34,430 nucleotides of DNA from a bacterium. GTDB taxonomy: Bacteria > Patescibacteriota > Minisyncoccia > UBA6257 > GWB1-50-10. The notes below the pieces were generated by a model. It was not told the origin of the DNA. It saw only the letters and a list, made by a program, of their open reading frames with translations, and did not search any database. The stretch is from positions 8,486-42,915 of the forward strand of contig JAKAHT010000003.1 of NCBI GenBank assembly GCA_021814805.1, given 5' to 3'. Both the position numbers and the translations under genes were made by a program. Shown here in pieces: positions 7,778 to 18,616 of this stretch (positions are counted from its first letter, which is position 1; the number at the start of each line of letters is the position of its first letter).

Positions 7778-8616
7778 GTATTTCGATGCCAAAACAATAT
7801 TCATATTTCAACGGTAAGACGGTTCCTTTGAGTCAAATAAAAATAAATCCTTATGATATCGGGTTTTCGCGAGGTTACGGAGTTTTCGATGTGATGTGCA
7901 CTAAGAACGGCAAACCGTTTTTGTTGCCCGAGCATTTTTCCCGGCTCAAACGTTCAGCCGAGCTTCTAAATCTCAAAGTGCCGTTCGACGAAGAAAAATA
8001 CAAAAAGATAGTGAACAAACTTCTTAAGTTGAACAATTTCAAGGAATCGGGCATAAGAACCATGATAACCGGCGGACTCAGCCCCGATGCTTTTTCAGTG
8101 GGCAAAGAAACGGTGATCGTACTGATTGAAAAATTTAAACCATTGCCGCCGGTTTTATTCGAAAAAGGAGCCAAGGCAATAACTCTCGATTTTAAAAGAT
8201 CAAATCCCCGGGCTAAAATAACCAACTATGTTGAGGCCATAAAAAATCAGGAAAAAAAGAAAAAAGCCGGCGCTCTGGAAATACTTTACATTAAAGACGG
8301 AAAAGTTTTTGAGTTTTCGACGAGCAATGTCTTTGTGGTCAAAAAAGGCAAGATAAAGACTCCCAAGGAAGGTGTGCTTTTCGGAATAACCAGAGATTTG
8401 ACGATAAAATTAGCCGAAAAAGCCGGATTTGAAGTTGTTGAAAAAGAAATTTCCGAGAAAGAACTTTTCTCGGCTGATGAAGTCATTCTCACAGCCACCA
8501 ACAAGGATATCGTACCGATAGTTGAAATAGACGGTCGTAAAATAGGTGAGGGAAAACCAGGGAAGATAACGACAAAGTTGATGGATTCCTTTTCCAGCTT
8601 CACTAAAAATTATTAA
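7768..8616 (+). CDS. Class IV (branched-chain / D-amino-acid) aminotransferase family protein
   Basis: 282 aa. FNGK.V......I...D.GF.RGYGVFD and EHFSRLKRSAELL are typical of fold-type IV PLP enzymes. The true start may be the in-frame ATG at 7786 (MPKQYSYFNG). Confidence 0.8.
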   Translation: MIKCISMPKQYSYFNGKTVPLSQIKINPYDIGFSRGYGVFDVMCTKNGKPFLLPEHFSRLKRSAELLNLKVPFDEEKYKKIVNKLLKLNNFKESGIRTMITGGLSPDAFSVGKETVIVLIEKFKPLPPVLFEKGAKAITLDFKRSNPRAKITNYVEAIKNQEKKKKAGALEILYIKDGKVFEFSTSNVFVVKKGKIKTPKEGVLFGITRDLTIKLAEKAGFEVVEKEISEKELFSADEVILTATNKDIVPIVEIDGRKIGEGKPGKITTKLMDSFSSFTKNY

Positions 8617-8626
8617 TATTTCCAAT

Positions 8627-9421
8627 ATGAACATAATAGAAGTAAAAAATCTCATAAAAAAATTTGACGATTTCAAAGCAGTCGATGATATTTCCTTTTC
8701 TGTAAAGAAAGGGGAGATATTCGCTTTTTTGGGTCCCAACGGAGCCGGCAAATCGACCACAATAAAAATGCTGACGACCATATTAAATCCCACTTTCGGT
8801 GAGATACTTCTCGACGGCAAAAATCCTTCTCACGATGCCTTGGGAGCCAGGAAATCTTTCGGCATAGTTTTTCAGGATCCGAGCCTGGACGACGAACTCA
8901 CGGCCTATGAAAACATAGAATTTCACGGAGTTTTATACGGCGTACCGAGAGAAGTCGGCCGGGAAAGAGCTGAGCAACTTTTAAAATTCGTCGAATTATG
9001 GGACAGGCGCAATGATTTGGTCAAAAACTTTTCCGGCGGAATGAAAAGAAGACTCGAAATAGCGAGAGGTCTTCTTCATCACCCTAAAATACTCTTTTTG
9101 GACGAACCGACTCAGGGACTTGATCCTCAAACAAGAAATCACATTTGGAGTTATATACAAAATCTCAACAAGGAAGAAGGTATAACAGTATTTTTTACCA
9201 CTCATTACATGGAGGAAGCCGATAAAGTAGCACAAAGAGTAGACGTTATAGACCATGGTCAAATAGTAGCCGAGGGCACTCCGGAAGAACTCAAGGCGAA
9301 AACAAATGCATCTTCTTTAGAAGACGCCTTTCTCAGTTTGACCGGTCACGGTTTGAGGGAAGAAAATGCTTCAAGTGTCGATAATATGAGAAATCACAGT
9401 CGGGCTTGGGGTAGAAGATAA
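8627..9421 (+). CDS. ABC transporter ATP-binding protein (ABC-2/DrrA-like)
   Basis: Walker A GPNGAGKST, signature FSGGMKRRL, Walker B ILFLDEPT, H-loop TTHYMEE. Confidence 0.92.
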   Translation: MNIIEVKNLIKKFDDFKAVDDISFSVKKGEIFAFLGPNGAGKSTTIKMLTTILNPTFGEILLDGKNPSHDALGARKSFGIVFQDPSLDDELTAYENIEFHGVLYGVPREVGRERAEQLLKFVELWDRRNDLVKNFSGGMKRRLEIARGLLHHPKILFLDEPTQGLDPQTRNHIWSYIQNLNKEEGITVFFTTHYMEEADKVAQRVDVIDHGQIVAEGTPEELKAKTNASSLEDAFLSLTGHGLREENASSVDNMRNHSRAWGRR

Positions 9422-9435
9422 AATTAAATAAAATT

Positions 9436-10188
9436 ATGAATGCCATATACATTATTTGGTTAAGACAGCTTAAAAGATATTTGCGTTCCAAGGCCAGAAT
9501 AATAGGTTCTTTGGGTCAGCCGCTGCTTTTCTTGGTAGCTCTCGGTTTCGGACTCGGACCGGTTTTTCAAAGAGCCGGCGGAGGAAATTATTTGGATTTC
9601 TTGGCTCCCGGAATAATCGCCATGGGAATACTTTTTACGGCTCTTTTTTCCGGAGTGGAAATAATATGGGACAGGCAATTCGGCTTTCTTAAAGAAACCT
9701 TGGTTGCCCCGGTTTCCCGTTTGAAAATAATGATCGGGAGGACACTTGGAGGAGCGACCGTGGCTATCATGCAGGGTGTGATAGTTTTCATTCTGGCTTT
9801 TTTGGTCGGATTTCGTCCGGAATATCTGACAGTCGGCACCTTCATGTTGGCCCTGGTTTTTATGTTCCTTATAGCGGTGCTTTTCACGGCTCTCGGAACG
9901 GCCATAGCCTCCCAACTCGACGATATGCAAGGGTTCCAGCTTATAATGAACTTCGTTGTTATGCCGCTTTTCTTTCTTTCTGGTGCGCTTTTTCCGACGG
10001 AAGGTTTACCGTCGGGTATAGCTCTCGTGGTTAAAATAGATCCGCTTTCTTATGGCGTGGACGGTCTAAGGCATGCTTTGACCGGTGCGGCTAATTTCGG
10101 TTTTGCCACGGATTTTACGGTTCTCCTCATTATAACCGGGGCTTTGGTTGCTTTGGGGAGCTATCTTTTCTCCAAAATACAAATATAA
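9436..10188 (+). CDS. ABC-2 type transporter permease
   Basis: 250 aa with about 6 TM segments. Adjacent to the ABC-2 ATPase. Confidence 0.85.
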   Translation: MNAIYIIWLRQLKRYLRSKARIIGSLGQPLLFLVALGFGLGPVFQRAGGGNYLDFLAPGIIAMGILFTALFSGVEIIWDRQFGFLKETLVAPVSRLKIMIGRTLGGATVAIMQGVIVFILAFLVGFRPEYLTVGTFMLALVFMFLIAVLFTALGTAIASQLDDMQGFQLIMNFVVMPLFFLSGALFPTEGLPSGIALVVKIDPLSYGVDGLRHALTGAANFGFATDFTVLLIITGALVALGSYLFSKIQI

Positions 10189-10199
10189 AAAAGTGGGAC

Positions 10200-10227
10200 T
10201 TGATTAAAATCCTGTATCGGATAGAAT
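10200..10227 (+). promoter_or_regulatory. Candidate promoter TTGATT-N16-TAGAAT upstream of atpB
   Basis: Motif match in the 110-nt spacer between the ABC permease stop and atpB. It lies upstream of the hairpins at 10235-10283. Confidence 0.3.
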
Positions 10228-10251
10228 ATTTACGGCATCTTTCCAGATGCT

Positions 10252-10283
10252 TGTGCTCGAAGTGAAAGCACACTTGTTTTTTT
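10252..10283 (+). terminator. Terminator-like hairpin(s) plus T7 run in the ABC/atp spacer
   Basis: TGTGCT(10252-57)/AGCACA(10267-72) form a 6-bp stem. An alternative stem AAGTG(10260-64)/CACTT(10271-75) is followed by G and TTTTTTT (10277-83). A further small hairpin GCATC/GATGC lies at 10235-10250. Confidence 0.5.
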
Positions 10284-10298
10284 CTGTCATTTTCTGAA

Positions 10299-11045
10299 AT
10301 GAACATAGGAGACGCAATTTCTTTAAAAGCTGAACCGATTTTCAACGTAGGGGGGTTTCAGATGACCAATACGTTGCTTTTGAGTTTTTTGGTTGTTTTG
10401 ATATTTTTAATTGTCGGTTTTGCATCCCGGAAAAAAATAAAACTTCTTCCGGGTAAATTCCAGGTTTTCTTTGAATGGCTTGTTGAAGGCATCCTAGATT
10501 TAATGGAAAGCGTTCTGGGGGAAAGATCATTGGCTGAAAAATATTTTCCTTTGGTTTCGTCGATTTTCTTTTTTGTTGTGGTATCGAACTGGCTTGGTCT
10601 TTTGCCCGGCTTGAGTTCGATAGGCCTCAGGGAACCAGGGAAGCCGATTATTCCGTTTCTGCGTTCTCCGGCGAGCGATCTCAATTTTACCCTGGCTCTG
10701 GCTCTTGTGTCCGTCTTGGGAACAAACATAATAGCCGTGAAATCAATGGGACTTAAGTTGCATATAAAGAAATTCTTTAATTTTAAAGATCCCATAAAAT
10801 TTTTCGTGGGAATCCTCGAGTTGATTTCCGAATTCGCCAAAGTCATTTCATTTTCTTTCAGGTTGTTTGGTAATGTATTTGCGGGAGAGGTGCTTCTCAT
10901 AATCGTGGGGGCTCTGGTGCCTTATTTGGTACCGATGCCTTTCATGACCATGGAATTTTTTGTCGGATTTATCCAAGCTTTCATTTTCGCCATGCTCACT
11001 CTTGTATTCATAGCAACAGCTACGGCTATGCATGAGGAGCATTGA
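10299..11045 (+). CDS. atpB: F0F1 ATP synthase subunit a
   Basis: 248 aa, polytopic. SFRLFGNVFAGE carries the conserved Arg. First gene of the atp cluster. Confidence 0.92.
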   Translation: MNIGDAISLKAEPIFNVGGFQMTNTLLLSFLVVLIFLIVGFASRKKIKLLPGKFQVFFEWLVEGILDLMESVLGERSLAEKYFPLVSSIFFFVVVSNWLGLLPGLSSIGLREPGKPIIPFLRSPASDLNFTLALALVSVLGTNIIAVKSMGLKLHIKKFFNFKDPIKFFVGILELISEFAKVISFSFRLFGNVFAGEVLLIIVGALVPYLVPMPFMTMEFFVGFIQAFIFAMLTLVFIATATAMHEEH

Positions 11046-11082
11046 AAGGTCGGAAAACAACAAAAATAAAAATAAAACAAAC

Positions 11083-11310
11083 ATGGATTTAGCAAGCATA
11101 AAAATAATAGCCACGGCTCTCACGATAGCGATAGGCGTCATAGCGCCGGCCATAGCTATAGGAAAAATAGGTTCAAGTTCAACAGAAGCGATAGGTAGAA
11201 ATCCGGAAGCCGCTCCGAAGATACAAACGGCCATGATTTTGGCCATTGCTTTCGCGGAAGCTTTGGCGATTTACGCGCTCGTCATAGCGCTCATAGTCAA
11301 ATTTACGTAA
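11083..11310 (+). CDS. atpE: F0F1 ATP synthase subunit c
   Basis: Two-helix hairpin with an RNPEA loop and the carboxylate in AFAEALAIYALVIAL. Start set to ATG 11083 (MDLASIK). The upstream in-frame extension overlaps atpB and is non-homologous. The A after the Glu and the Ile at the Gln-32-equivalent position suggest H+ rather than Na+ coupling. Confidence 0.9.
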   Translation: MDLASIKIIATALTIAIGVIAPAIAIGKIGSSSTEAIGRNPEAAPKIQTAMILAIAFAEALAIYALVIALIVKFT

Positions 11311-11316
11311 AGTTTC

Positions 11317-11814
11317 ATGCAATCTTTAATAGAAAATTTCGGCATAGACTGGAAGGTTCTCTTGAGCCAGGTGATTAACTTTGCGGTCATATTCAGCGTG
11401 ATAACTTTCTTGGTTTACAAACCTCTGGTCAAAAGTATCTCCGAAAGAAGAAAAAAAATAAAAGAAAGCCTGGAAAAGGAAGAAGAGGCCTCGCGGCGAT
11501 TGTCGGAGGTGAATCTTTTGGAAAAGGAAACCCTTAAGAGGGCCGAAGAAAAAGCTGCCGGCCTTTTGTCTTCCGTCAAAGAAAGGGCCGAAGCCGAAGG
11601 AGCAAGGATTCTTAAGGAAGCGGAAGAAAAGAATAAAGAAATGAAATTGAAAGCCGATGAAGAAATTTCAGAAATGAAAGAAAAATCGGTAAGGGAAGCT
11701 GAAAAAGAAATAGCTTCTTTAGCCAAGGATGTCCTTGTTAAAGCGGTTAAAGTCAATCCTTCGGCTGTCGACGAAGCCCTGCTTAAGAGTCTAGCTGACA
11801 GAACAACGGAATAA
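11317..11814 (+). CDS. atpF: F0F1 ATP synthase subunit b
   Basis: 165 aa. One N-terminal TM helix followed by a long charged coiled-coil-like helix. Operon position supports the call. Confidence 0.85.
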   Translation: MQSLIENFGIDWKVLLSQVINFAVIFSVITFLVYKPLVKSISERRKKIKESLEKEEEASRRLSEVNLLEKETLKRAEEKAAGLLSSVKERAEAEGARILKEAEEKNKEMKLKADEEISEMKEKSVREAEKEIASLAKDVLVKAVKVNPSAVDEALLKSLADRTTE

Positions 11815-11815
11815 A

Positions 11816-12199
11816 ATGAAAATACCTCCTAAAATGTACGCCAAAGTTTTTTCCGAACTCACCAAAAACAAAAGTCCGGAAGAAATAAAGGAAATAACCG
11901 AAAAGCTTGCCAAGCTCGTCTCGAAGAACGGGGATATAGGAAGCAAAGAAGAAATAATCAAGTTTGCGGAAAAGTATGAGAGAGAGTCAAACGGCAAGCA
12001 TCACCTTCTTCTTCAGACGGCGAGAATGATACCCGACAAACTGTATGTTGAAGTCCTGAAAAAATTCGGAGACGGGAAATACGATGTTGAAAATTCAATA
12101 GATGAAAAACTTTTGGCCGGCATAAGGATGGTTGTTGATGATTCCAAAGAACTGGATTTGTCGTTTAAAAAAATCCTCGGGGATTTGTTCGATAAATAA
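11816..12199 (+). CDS. atpH: F0F1 ATP synthase subunit delta (OSCP), compact form
   Basis: 127 aa. N-terminal YAKVFSEL and C-terminal [23 protein letters not shown] match the ends of delta. Lies between atpF and atpA. Confidence 0.75.
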   Translation: MKIPPKMYAKVFSELTKNKSPEEIKEITEKLAKLVSKNGDIGSKEEIIKFAEKYERESNGKHHLLLQTARMIPDKLYVEVLKKFGDGKYDVENSIDEKLLAGIRMVVDDSKELDLSFKKILGDLFDK

Positions 12200-12207
12200 A
12201 AACAAAA

Positions 12208-13725
12208 ATGAGTTATGAAATAATAGAAAAACTTAAAAAGGCCTTGGGCGAATACGAAAATCGTGCCGAATGGCAGGACATAGGCCGTGTGATTGAAATA
12301 GGCGACGGCGTGAGCAGGATTTCCGGATTGGAAAACGTTAAAAGCCAAGAAATAGTCTTGATTGAAACGGAAAAAGGAGAAGTGCCTGCCTTGGCTCTCA
12401 ACTTGGAAGAAGAAGCCATAGGTGCTTTGATTTTAGGAAACGATTCGGGCATAAAAAGCGGCGACAAGGTTAAAAGAACCGGTCAAATACTTTCAATAGA
12501 AGTTGGAGAGGAAATGCTCGGCCGGGTGGTGGATCCTTTGGGAAAACCTCTTGACGGCCGCGGAGAAATTTTTAAAAACAAAAAACCAGAAAGATATTTT
12601 CTAGAAAGAAAAGCTCCATCGGTCGTCGACAGGGAATCGGTCAAAACCCCGCTCCACACGGGAATAAAAGCCATCGATGCCATGATACCGATAGGTCGTG
12701 GCCAAAGAGAACTCATAATAGGCGACAGGCAAACCGGCAAAACGGCCATAGCGCTTGATGCCATAATAAATCAAGGGCAGGATAAGGGTCGTAAACCTCC
12801 CGTTTGCATTTACGTGGCTATAGGTCAAAAAGAATCCAAGGTGGCCAAGCTCATAAAAACTCTCGAAGAAAACGGAGCTTTAAAGTATTCTATAGTGGTT
12901 ACGGCTGGAGCTTCCAGCCCGGCTGCTTTTTGGTATCTAGCTCCTTACGCCGGCTGTGCTATAGGAGAATATTTTATGGATAAAGGTGAAGACGCCCTTG
13001 TCGTCTACGACGATTTATCCAAACATGCTTGGGGTTACAGGCAGATATCTTTGCTTCTCCGCCGGCCGCCTGGAAGAGAAGCTTACCCCGGAGACGTTTT
13101 TTATCTACATTCGCGTCTTCTGGAAAGAGCCGCCAAATTAAGCAAGGAAAAAGGCAGTGGATCTCTCACGGCCTTGCCGATAATAGAAACTCAGCTCGGC
13201 GATATTTCGGCTTACATTCCTACCAACGTAATTTCCATAACCGACGGGCAGATATATCTGGAATCCGATCTTTTTTATCAGGGCGTTAAACCGGCCATAA
13301 ACGCGGGCCTTTCAGTCTCCAGAGTCGGCTCTTCGGCTCAAACCAAGGCCATGAAGAAAGTAGCCGGACGTTTAAGATTGGAGCTTGCTCAATTCAGGGA
13401 ACTTCAAGCCTTCGTTCAGTTTGCTTCGGAAGTTGATGAAGCCACCAAAAAAAGAATAAAGCGCGGGGAAATACTCACCGAAGTTTTGAAGCAGGACGAT
13501 TTAAAGCCGGTACCTTTCGAAGAAGAAGTGGTTTTGATTTACGCATCAATAAACGGCTATTTTGACGACCTAAAAAAAGAAGAGGTAAGGAAAAGTATGA
13601 ACGATTTGTCCAAATACTTCCGGGAAATACATCCCGAAATACTCGAAAAAATATCATCGACCGGAGATCTTGACGGTCAAACAGAAGAATTACTCAAAAA
13701 ATCATTAGATTCATGGCATCTTTAA
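12208..13725 (+). CDS. atpA: F0F1 ATP synthase subunit alpha
   Basis: 505 aa. Walker A GDRQTGKT, plus the YDDLSKHA and [21 protein letters not shown] strings. Confidence 0.97.
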   Translation: MSYEIIEKLKKALGEYENRAEWQDIGRVIEIGDGVSRISGLENVKSQEIVLIETEKGEVPALALNLEEEAIGALILGNDSGIKSGDKVKRTGQILSIEVGEEMLGRVVDPLGKPLDGRGEIFKNKKPERYFLERKAPSVVDRESVKTPLHTGIKAIDAMIPIGRGQRELIIGDRQTGKTAIALDAIINQGQDKGRKPPVCIYVAIGQKESKVAKLIKTLEENGALKYSIVVTAGASSPAAFWYLAPYAGCAIGEYFMDKGEDALVVYDDLSKHAWGYRQISLLLRRPPGREAYPGDVFYLHSRLLERAAKLSKEKGSGSLTALPIIETQLGDISAYIPTNVISITDGQIYLESDLFYQGVKPAINAGLSVSRVGSSAQTKAMKKVAGRLRLELAQFRELQAFVQFASEVDEATKKRIKRGEILTEVLKQDDLKPVPFEEEVVLIYASINGYFDDLKKEEVRKSMNDLSKYFREIHPEILEKISSTGDLDGQTEELLKKSLDSWHL

Positions 13726-14663
13726 ACTATCTCAAAAAAAGAATAAACGGAGTTAAAAGTATCAACCAGATAACTTCGGCCATGGAGCTTGTGGCGGCAA
13801 CTAAAATGAGAAAAGCTCAGGAAGTAGCTTTAGCATCGAGGTTTTACGCTTTCGACGCCTTGGAAATATTGGGCAACCTGATAAACAGCCTTTCTTCGGC
13901 GGGCAATCATAAGCATCTTTTCGAGAGACGCGTCAAAAAAACAGCCGTACTTTTAGTCACCTCCGATAAAGGTCTCGTGGGATCGTTCAACGGGAGCGTC
14001 CTGAAAAGGTTGGATAAATTCATCAAATCAAACGATTCCGCCGACATTGGAAACTCTTTAATCTTCATAACGGTCGGTCAAAAGGGGACGGATTACGTTA
14101 AAAAAATCGGCTTTGAGCCGGTGAAATCTTTTTCTAATTACAGTGACGTAGTGGCTTTGGAAAAAATAATAGAGCTTTCCGATTTTTTAGAAAAAGGTTA
14201 CCGGAGAAACGAATGGGACAGGATAATCTCCTTTTCAACCAATTTTACTTCCGCTCTCTCGCAGGAAGTAGTGGAAAGACAAATACTGCCGTTTGATACC
14301 GAAAAAATAAGAAAAACAATCGAGGATGTAATACCCAAAACCGGAAGATATTCCGAGTTGAGAAAGAACATGGAAGAAAGGAGAGCCGAGGAACCGCTGG
14401 ATTATATAATGGAACCGAACGCCGAGGAAATTATCGAGGATTTTTTGCCCCATTTGCTTAAAATAGAGATTTACCACTTGATGCTCGAAGCTAACGCTTC
14501 GGAGCATTCTTCGAGAAGAATGACAATGAAGAATGCTTCGGATAATGCTGAAGATTTGACTAACGAGCTAACTTTGGAATACAACAAGTCGAGACAGGAA
14601 ATGATAACAAGAGAACTCGGAGAACTAACAGGAACAGTCGCCGCCATCACTCAAAACATCTAG
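13713..14663 (+). CDS. atpG: F0F1 ATP synthase subunit gamma
   Basis: 316 aa. N-terminal [29 protein letters not shown] and C-terminal [17 protein letters not shown] motifs. 13-nt overlap with atpA. Confidence 0.92.
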   Translation: MASLNYLKKRINGVKSINQITSAMELVAATKMRKAQEVALASRFYAFDALEILGNLINSLSSAGNHKHLFERRVKKTAVLLVTSDKGLVGSFNGSVLKRLDKFIKSNDSADIGNSLIFITVGQKGTDYVKKIGFEPVKSFSNYSDVVALEKIIELSDFLEKGYRRNEWDRIISFSTNFTSALSQEVVERQILPFDTEKIRKTIEDVIPKTGRYSELRKNMEERRAEEPLDYIMEPNAEEIIEDFLPHLLKIEIYHLMLEANASEHSSRRMTMKNASDNAEDLTNELTLEYNKSRQEMITRELGELTGTVAAITQNI

Positions 14664-14676
14664 TTTTCAAATATAA

Positions 14677-16307
<1,631 letters not shown>

Positions 16308-16381
16308 ACGCCGATTTTCTGGTATTTTAGAAAAAAGTTGCTTTTAAAAATAACCAATAAAAAATAAAAAGGAATAAAACT

Positions 16382-16813
16382 ATGGAACAGAAGTTGAATA
16401 AAATTTCCCAGTTCGATTTTAAGGAGGGGCATTATGTTGCCGAGGACGGAGTCGTAATGTGGTGTTTTGATAAAAGATTAAGAAAAAATGGTCTTGATTT
16501 CCTGGAAAACTACTTGAAACTCGGTTTCGATTTCGTCTCTATCGCCTCGGGAGGACTTTCAAGACTTACTTCCGGAGACGAAGGAAGTATAAAGTTTGTA
16601 TTGGAAGAAGTAGGTAAATCAGTAAAGCTTCACAAATCGCCGACCATAATTCTTACCGCCCATAATAATTGCGGTGACTTCGGAGGTGTAATAGATGCCA
16701 ATTTTTACATCGAGAAACTCGATGAAGGTGAAAGGAAACTTAAAGAATTGGCGCCGGGAATAAAAATAAGAAAATTTTTCATCGACTTCGACGCCATATA
16801 CGAAGTCAATTAA
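16382..16813 (+). CDS. Small beta-class carbonic-anhydrase-like protein (putative)
   Basis: 143 aa. Contains C28-F-D30-K-R32 (CxDxR) and H94-N-N-C97-G (HxxCG), the two beta-CA zinc-site motifs, with spacing similar to known beta-CAs. AAGGA SD-like element upstream. No terminator between atpC and this gene. Confidence 0.4.
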   Translation: MEQKLNKISQFDFKEGHYVAEDGVVMWCFDKRLRKNGLDFLENYLKLGFDFVSIASGGLSRLTSGDEGSIKFVLEEVGKSVKLHKSPTIILTAHNNCGDFGGVIDANFYIEKLDEGERKLKELAPGIKIRKFFIDFDAIYEVN

Positions 16814-16820
16814 ACAATTG

Positions 16821-16858
16821 AAAACCGCAGGCAGAAAAACTCCTGCGGTTTTCTCTTT
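16821..16858 (+). terminator. Intrinsic terminator after the atp/beta-CA-like unit
   Basis: AAAACCGCAGG (16821-31) pairs with CCTGCGGTTTT (16842-52), giving a 7-bp GC-rich stem plus A/T extension. Followed by TTTTCTCTTT. Confidence 0.75.
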
Positions 16859-16870
16859 ATATTGATGTTT

Positions 16871-16899
16871 TTGCAAAGGCGGAAAGCGGGGTTTAAAAT
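16871..16899 (+). promoter_or_regulatory. Candidate promoter TTGCAA-N17-TAAAAT for dnaG-rpoD
   Basis: The -10 ends 7 nt before the dnaG ATG at 16907. No SD in between, so a leaderless start is predicted. Confidence 0.45.
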
Positions 16900-16906
16900 A
16901 CTTGTA

Positions 16907-18616
16907 ATGGCGAAAGACGTAGATTTAATAAAAGAGAAAGTCGATCTGGTCGATTTTCTAAAGTCGTATTTGACACTCACGCCAACCGGCAGAAATTTTA
17001 AGGCTATTTGTCCTTTTCATCAGGAAAAAACTCCTTCCTTTTTTGTTTCTCCGGAAAGAAAAATATGGCACTGCTTCGGGTGCGGACTCGGAGGAGACGT
17101 AATAAAGTTCGCTATGCTTTACGAGCATTTGGAATTCCCGGAAGCTTTGAAATTTCTGGCTGAAAAAGCCGGCATTCAAATAAGAACTCTCAATCCTTCG
17201 GAACAGAGAGAATTCGGCGTGCTTTATGATTTAAACGAGGAAGCCGTAAGGTTTTATAAAAAAAATCTTTCTCTGAACGAAAGAGCTCTGGCTTATTTAA
17301 AAGAAAGAGGGCTTAAGCCGGAAATCATAGAGGAATTCAACTTAGGTTTCGCTCCTTACGGAGAGGAACTTGTGAAATTTCTTATAAAAAACGGTCATGA
17401 TATAAGGGATATTGCGAGAGCCGGCTTAGCACAAAGAAATACAAGGGGGCTTTACAAAGACAAGTTTCAAGAAAGAATAATATTCCCCATTTCGAATCAA
17501 GTCGGTAAAGTAGTCGCTTTTACCGGAAGAATCATGCCTGATTCTTCCGGTAAAGACCCCGAAGGATCTCCCAAATACCTCAACTCGCCGGAAACGGTGA
17601 TATTTAATAAATCGAAAGTGCTCTACGGTTTTGATAAATCAAAACAATATGTAAGCGATAAAAATTCGGTCATAATAGTCGAGGGTCAAATGGATTTTCT
17701 CATGATGTGGCAAGCCGGCGTGAAAAATATGGTGGCCGTATCGGGAACCGGACTGACTGAAGACCACCTTTCGAGATTAAGAAGATTCGCGGATACCGTA
17801 ACCGTAAGTTTTGACAAGGACAAGGCCGGCATAAAGGCTCTTGAGAGAAGTTTGGATCATTTCCATAAATTCGATTTTAACGTCAAGGTTTTGGATTTGG
17901 GTAAATTCAAGGATCCGGCCGACGCTTGTCGGGACAATCCCGAATTCATAAAAACGGCCTTAAGCTGGTCGAAACCGGCCCTTTCTTATCTCATGGATCT
18001 TTATTTCGGGTCGCGCTCGTACAAAGAAGGCGGCATAGCTTCCAAAAAAAGGATAATGAGACATATTTTGTTGAAAATAAGAGCCTTGAGGAGCGCCGTA
18101 GAAAAAGGTATTTGGATAAAAGAAGCCTCCAGAGAATCAGGTATTCCGGAAAACGATTTAAGAGAAGAATTGAATGATTTAAATAAAGAAACGTTCAAAA
18201 ATGAAGAAAAAGACCTTATCGACGAAAACGATAAGTCGGATAAAATAGAGGAAGTGGCTAGGAAATTAACGGCTATTTCTTTGACAAAAAAAGAATTTCT
18301 TGATATCTTAAAAAACGAAATAAACCTTCTGCCGGATAATTTCGCTAAAATAATCCGCGGCGACAAAGAGTCCGACGACACGGCACTCGTTGAACTGGAA
18401 GCTTCCTACGTATCAAGCAGCTTGGATGAAAAAACCATAAGGAAGGAGTTTAACGATCTTCTTAAAAAATTGAAAGTGATATCGATGAACAAAACGAAGT
18501 CCTCGATAAAGAAAGCTCTTACCGAAGCTCAAAATTCCAACGATGAGGAAAAAGTAACTAACTTGCTTTCTCAATTTTCCGATATCAGTAAAAAATTGAA
18601 CGATTTATCAAAATGA
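16907..18616 (+). CDS. dnaG: DNA primase DnaG
   Basis: CHC2 zinc finger [26 protein letters not shown] and Toprim EGQMDFL...DKDKAG. Start set to ATG 16907, because the TTG at 16862 lies just after the upstream terminator and before the promoter match. Confidence 0.93.
   Translation: MAKDVDLIKEKVDLVDFLKSYLTLTPTGRNFKAICPFHQEKTPSFFVSPERKIWHCFGCGLGGDVIKFAMLYEHLEFPEALKFLAEKAGIQIRTLNPSEQREFGVLYDLNEEAVRFYKKNLSLNERALAYLKERGLKPEIIEEFNLGFAPYGEELVKFLIKNGHDIRDIARAGLAQRNTRGLYKDKFQERIIFPISNQVGKVVAFTGRIMPDSSGKDPEGSPKYLNSPETVIFNKSKVLYGFDKSKQYVSDKNSVIIVEGQMDFLMMWQAGVKNMVAVSGTGLTEDHLSRLRRFADTVTVSFDKDKAGIKALERSLDHFHKFDFNVKVLDLGKFKDPADACRDNPEFIKTALSWSKPALSYLMDLYFGSRSYKEGGIASKKRIMRHILLKIRALRSAVEKGIWIKEASRESGIPENDLREELNDLNKETFKNEEKDLIDENDKSDKIEEVARKLTAISLTKKEFLDILKNEINLLPDNFAKIIRGDKESDDTALVELEASYVSSSLDEKTIRKEFNDLLKKLKVISMNKTKSSIKKALTEAQNSNDEEKVTNLLSQFSDISKKLNDLSK

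Noticed and set aside
7530-7797. ORFs 7530-7718 (+) and 7594-7797 (-)
   Set aside because: Both overlap the clear tRNA-Ser gene and its flanks, so they are artefacts of the tRNA sequence.
10358-10900. 180-aa minus-strand ORF inside atpB. Similar antisense ORFs lie at 9460-9930, 8410-8820, 12013-12348, 14706-15122 and 23309-23740.
   Set aside because: All lie fully inside well-supported conserved CDSs on the opposite strand and have no recognisable motifs or start signals.
11032-11082. N-terminal extension MRSIERSENNKNKNKTN on the ATPase c subunit ORF
   Set aside because: It overlaps the atpB end and is hydrophilic and non-homologous. ATG 11083 gives a canonical c subunit of about 75 aa.
16862-16906. 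TTG/ATG starts extending DnaG by 15 aa
   Set aside because: The extension begins immediately after the upstream terminator and lies over the candidate promoter. The conserved primase N-terminus begins at [10 protein letters not shown].
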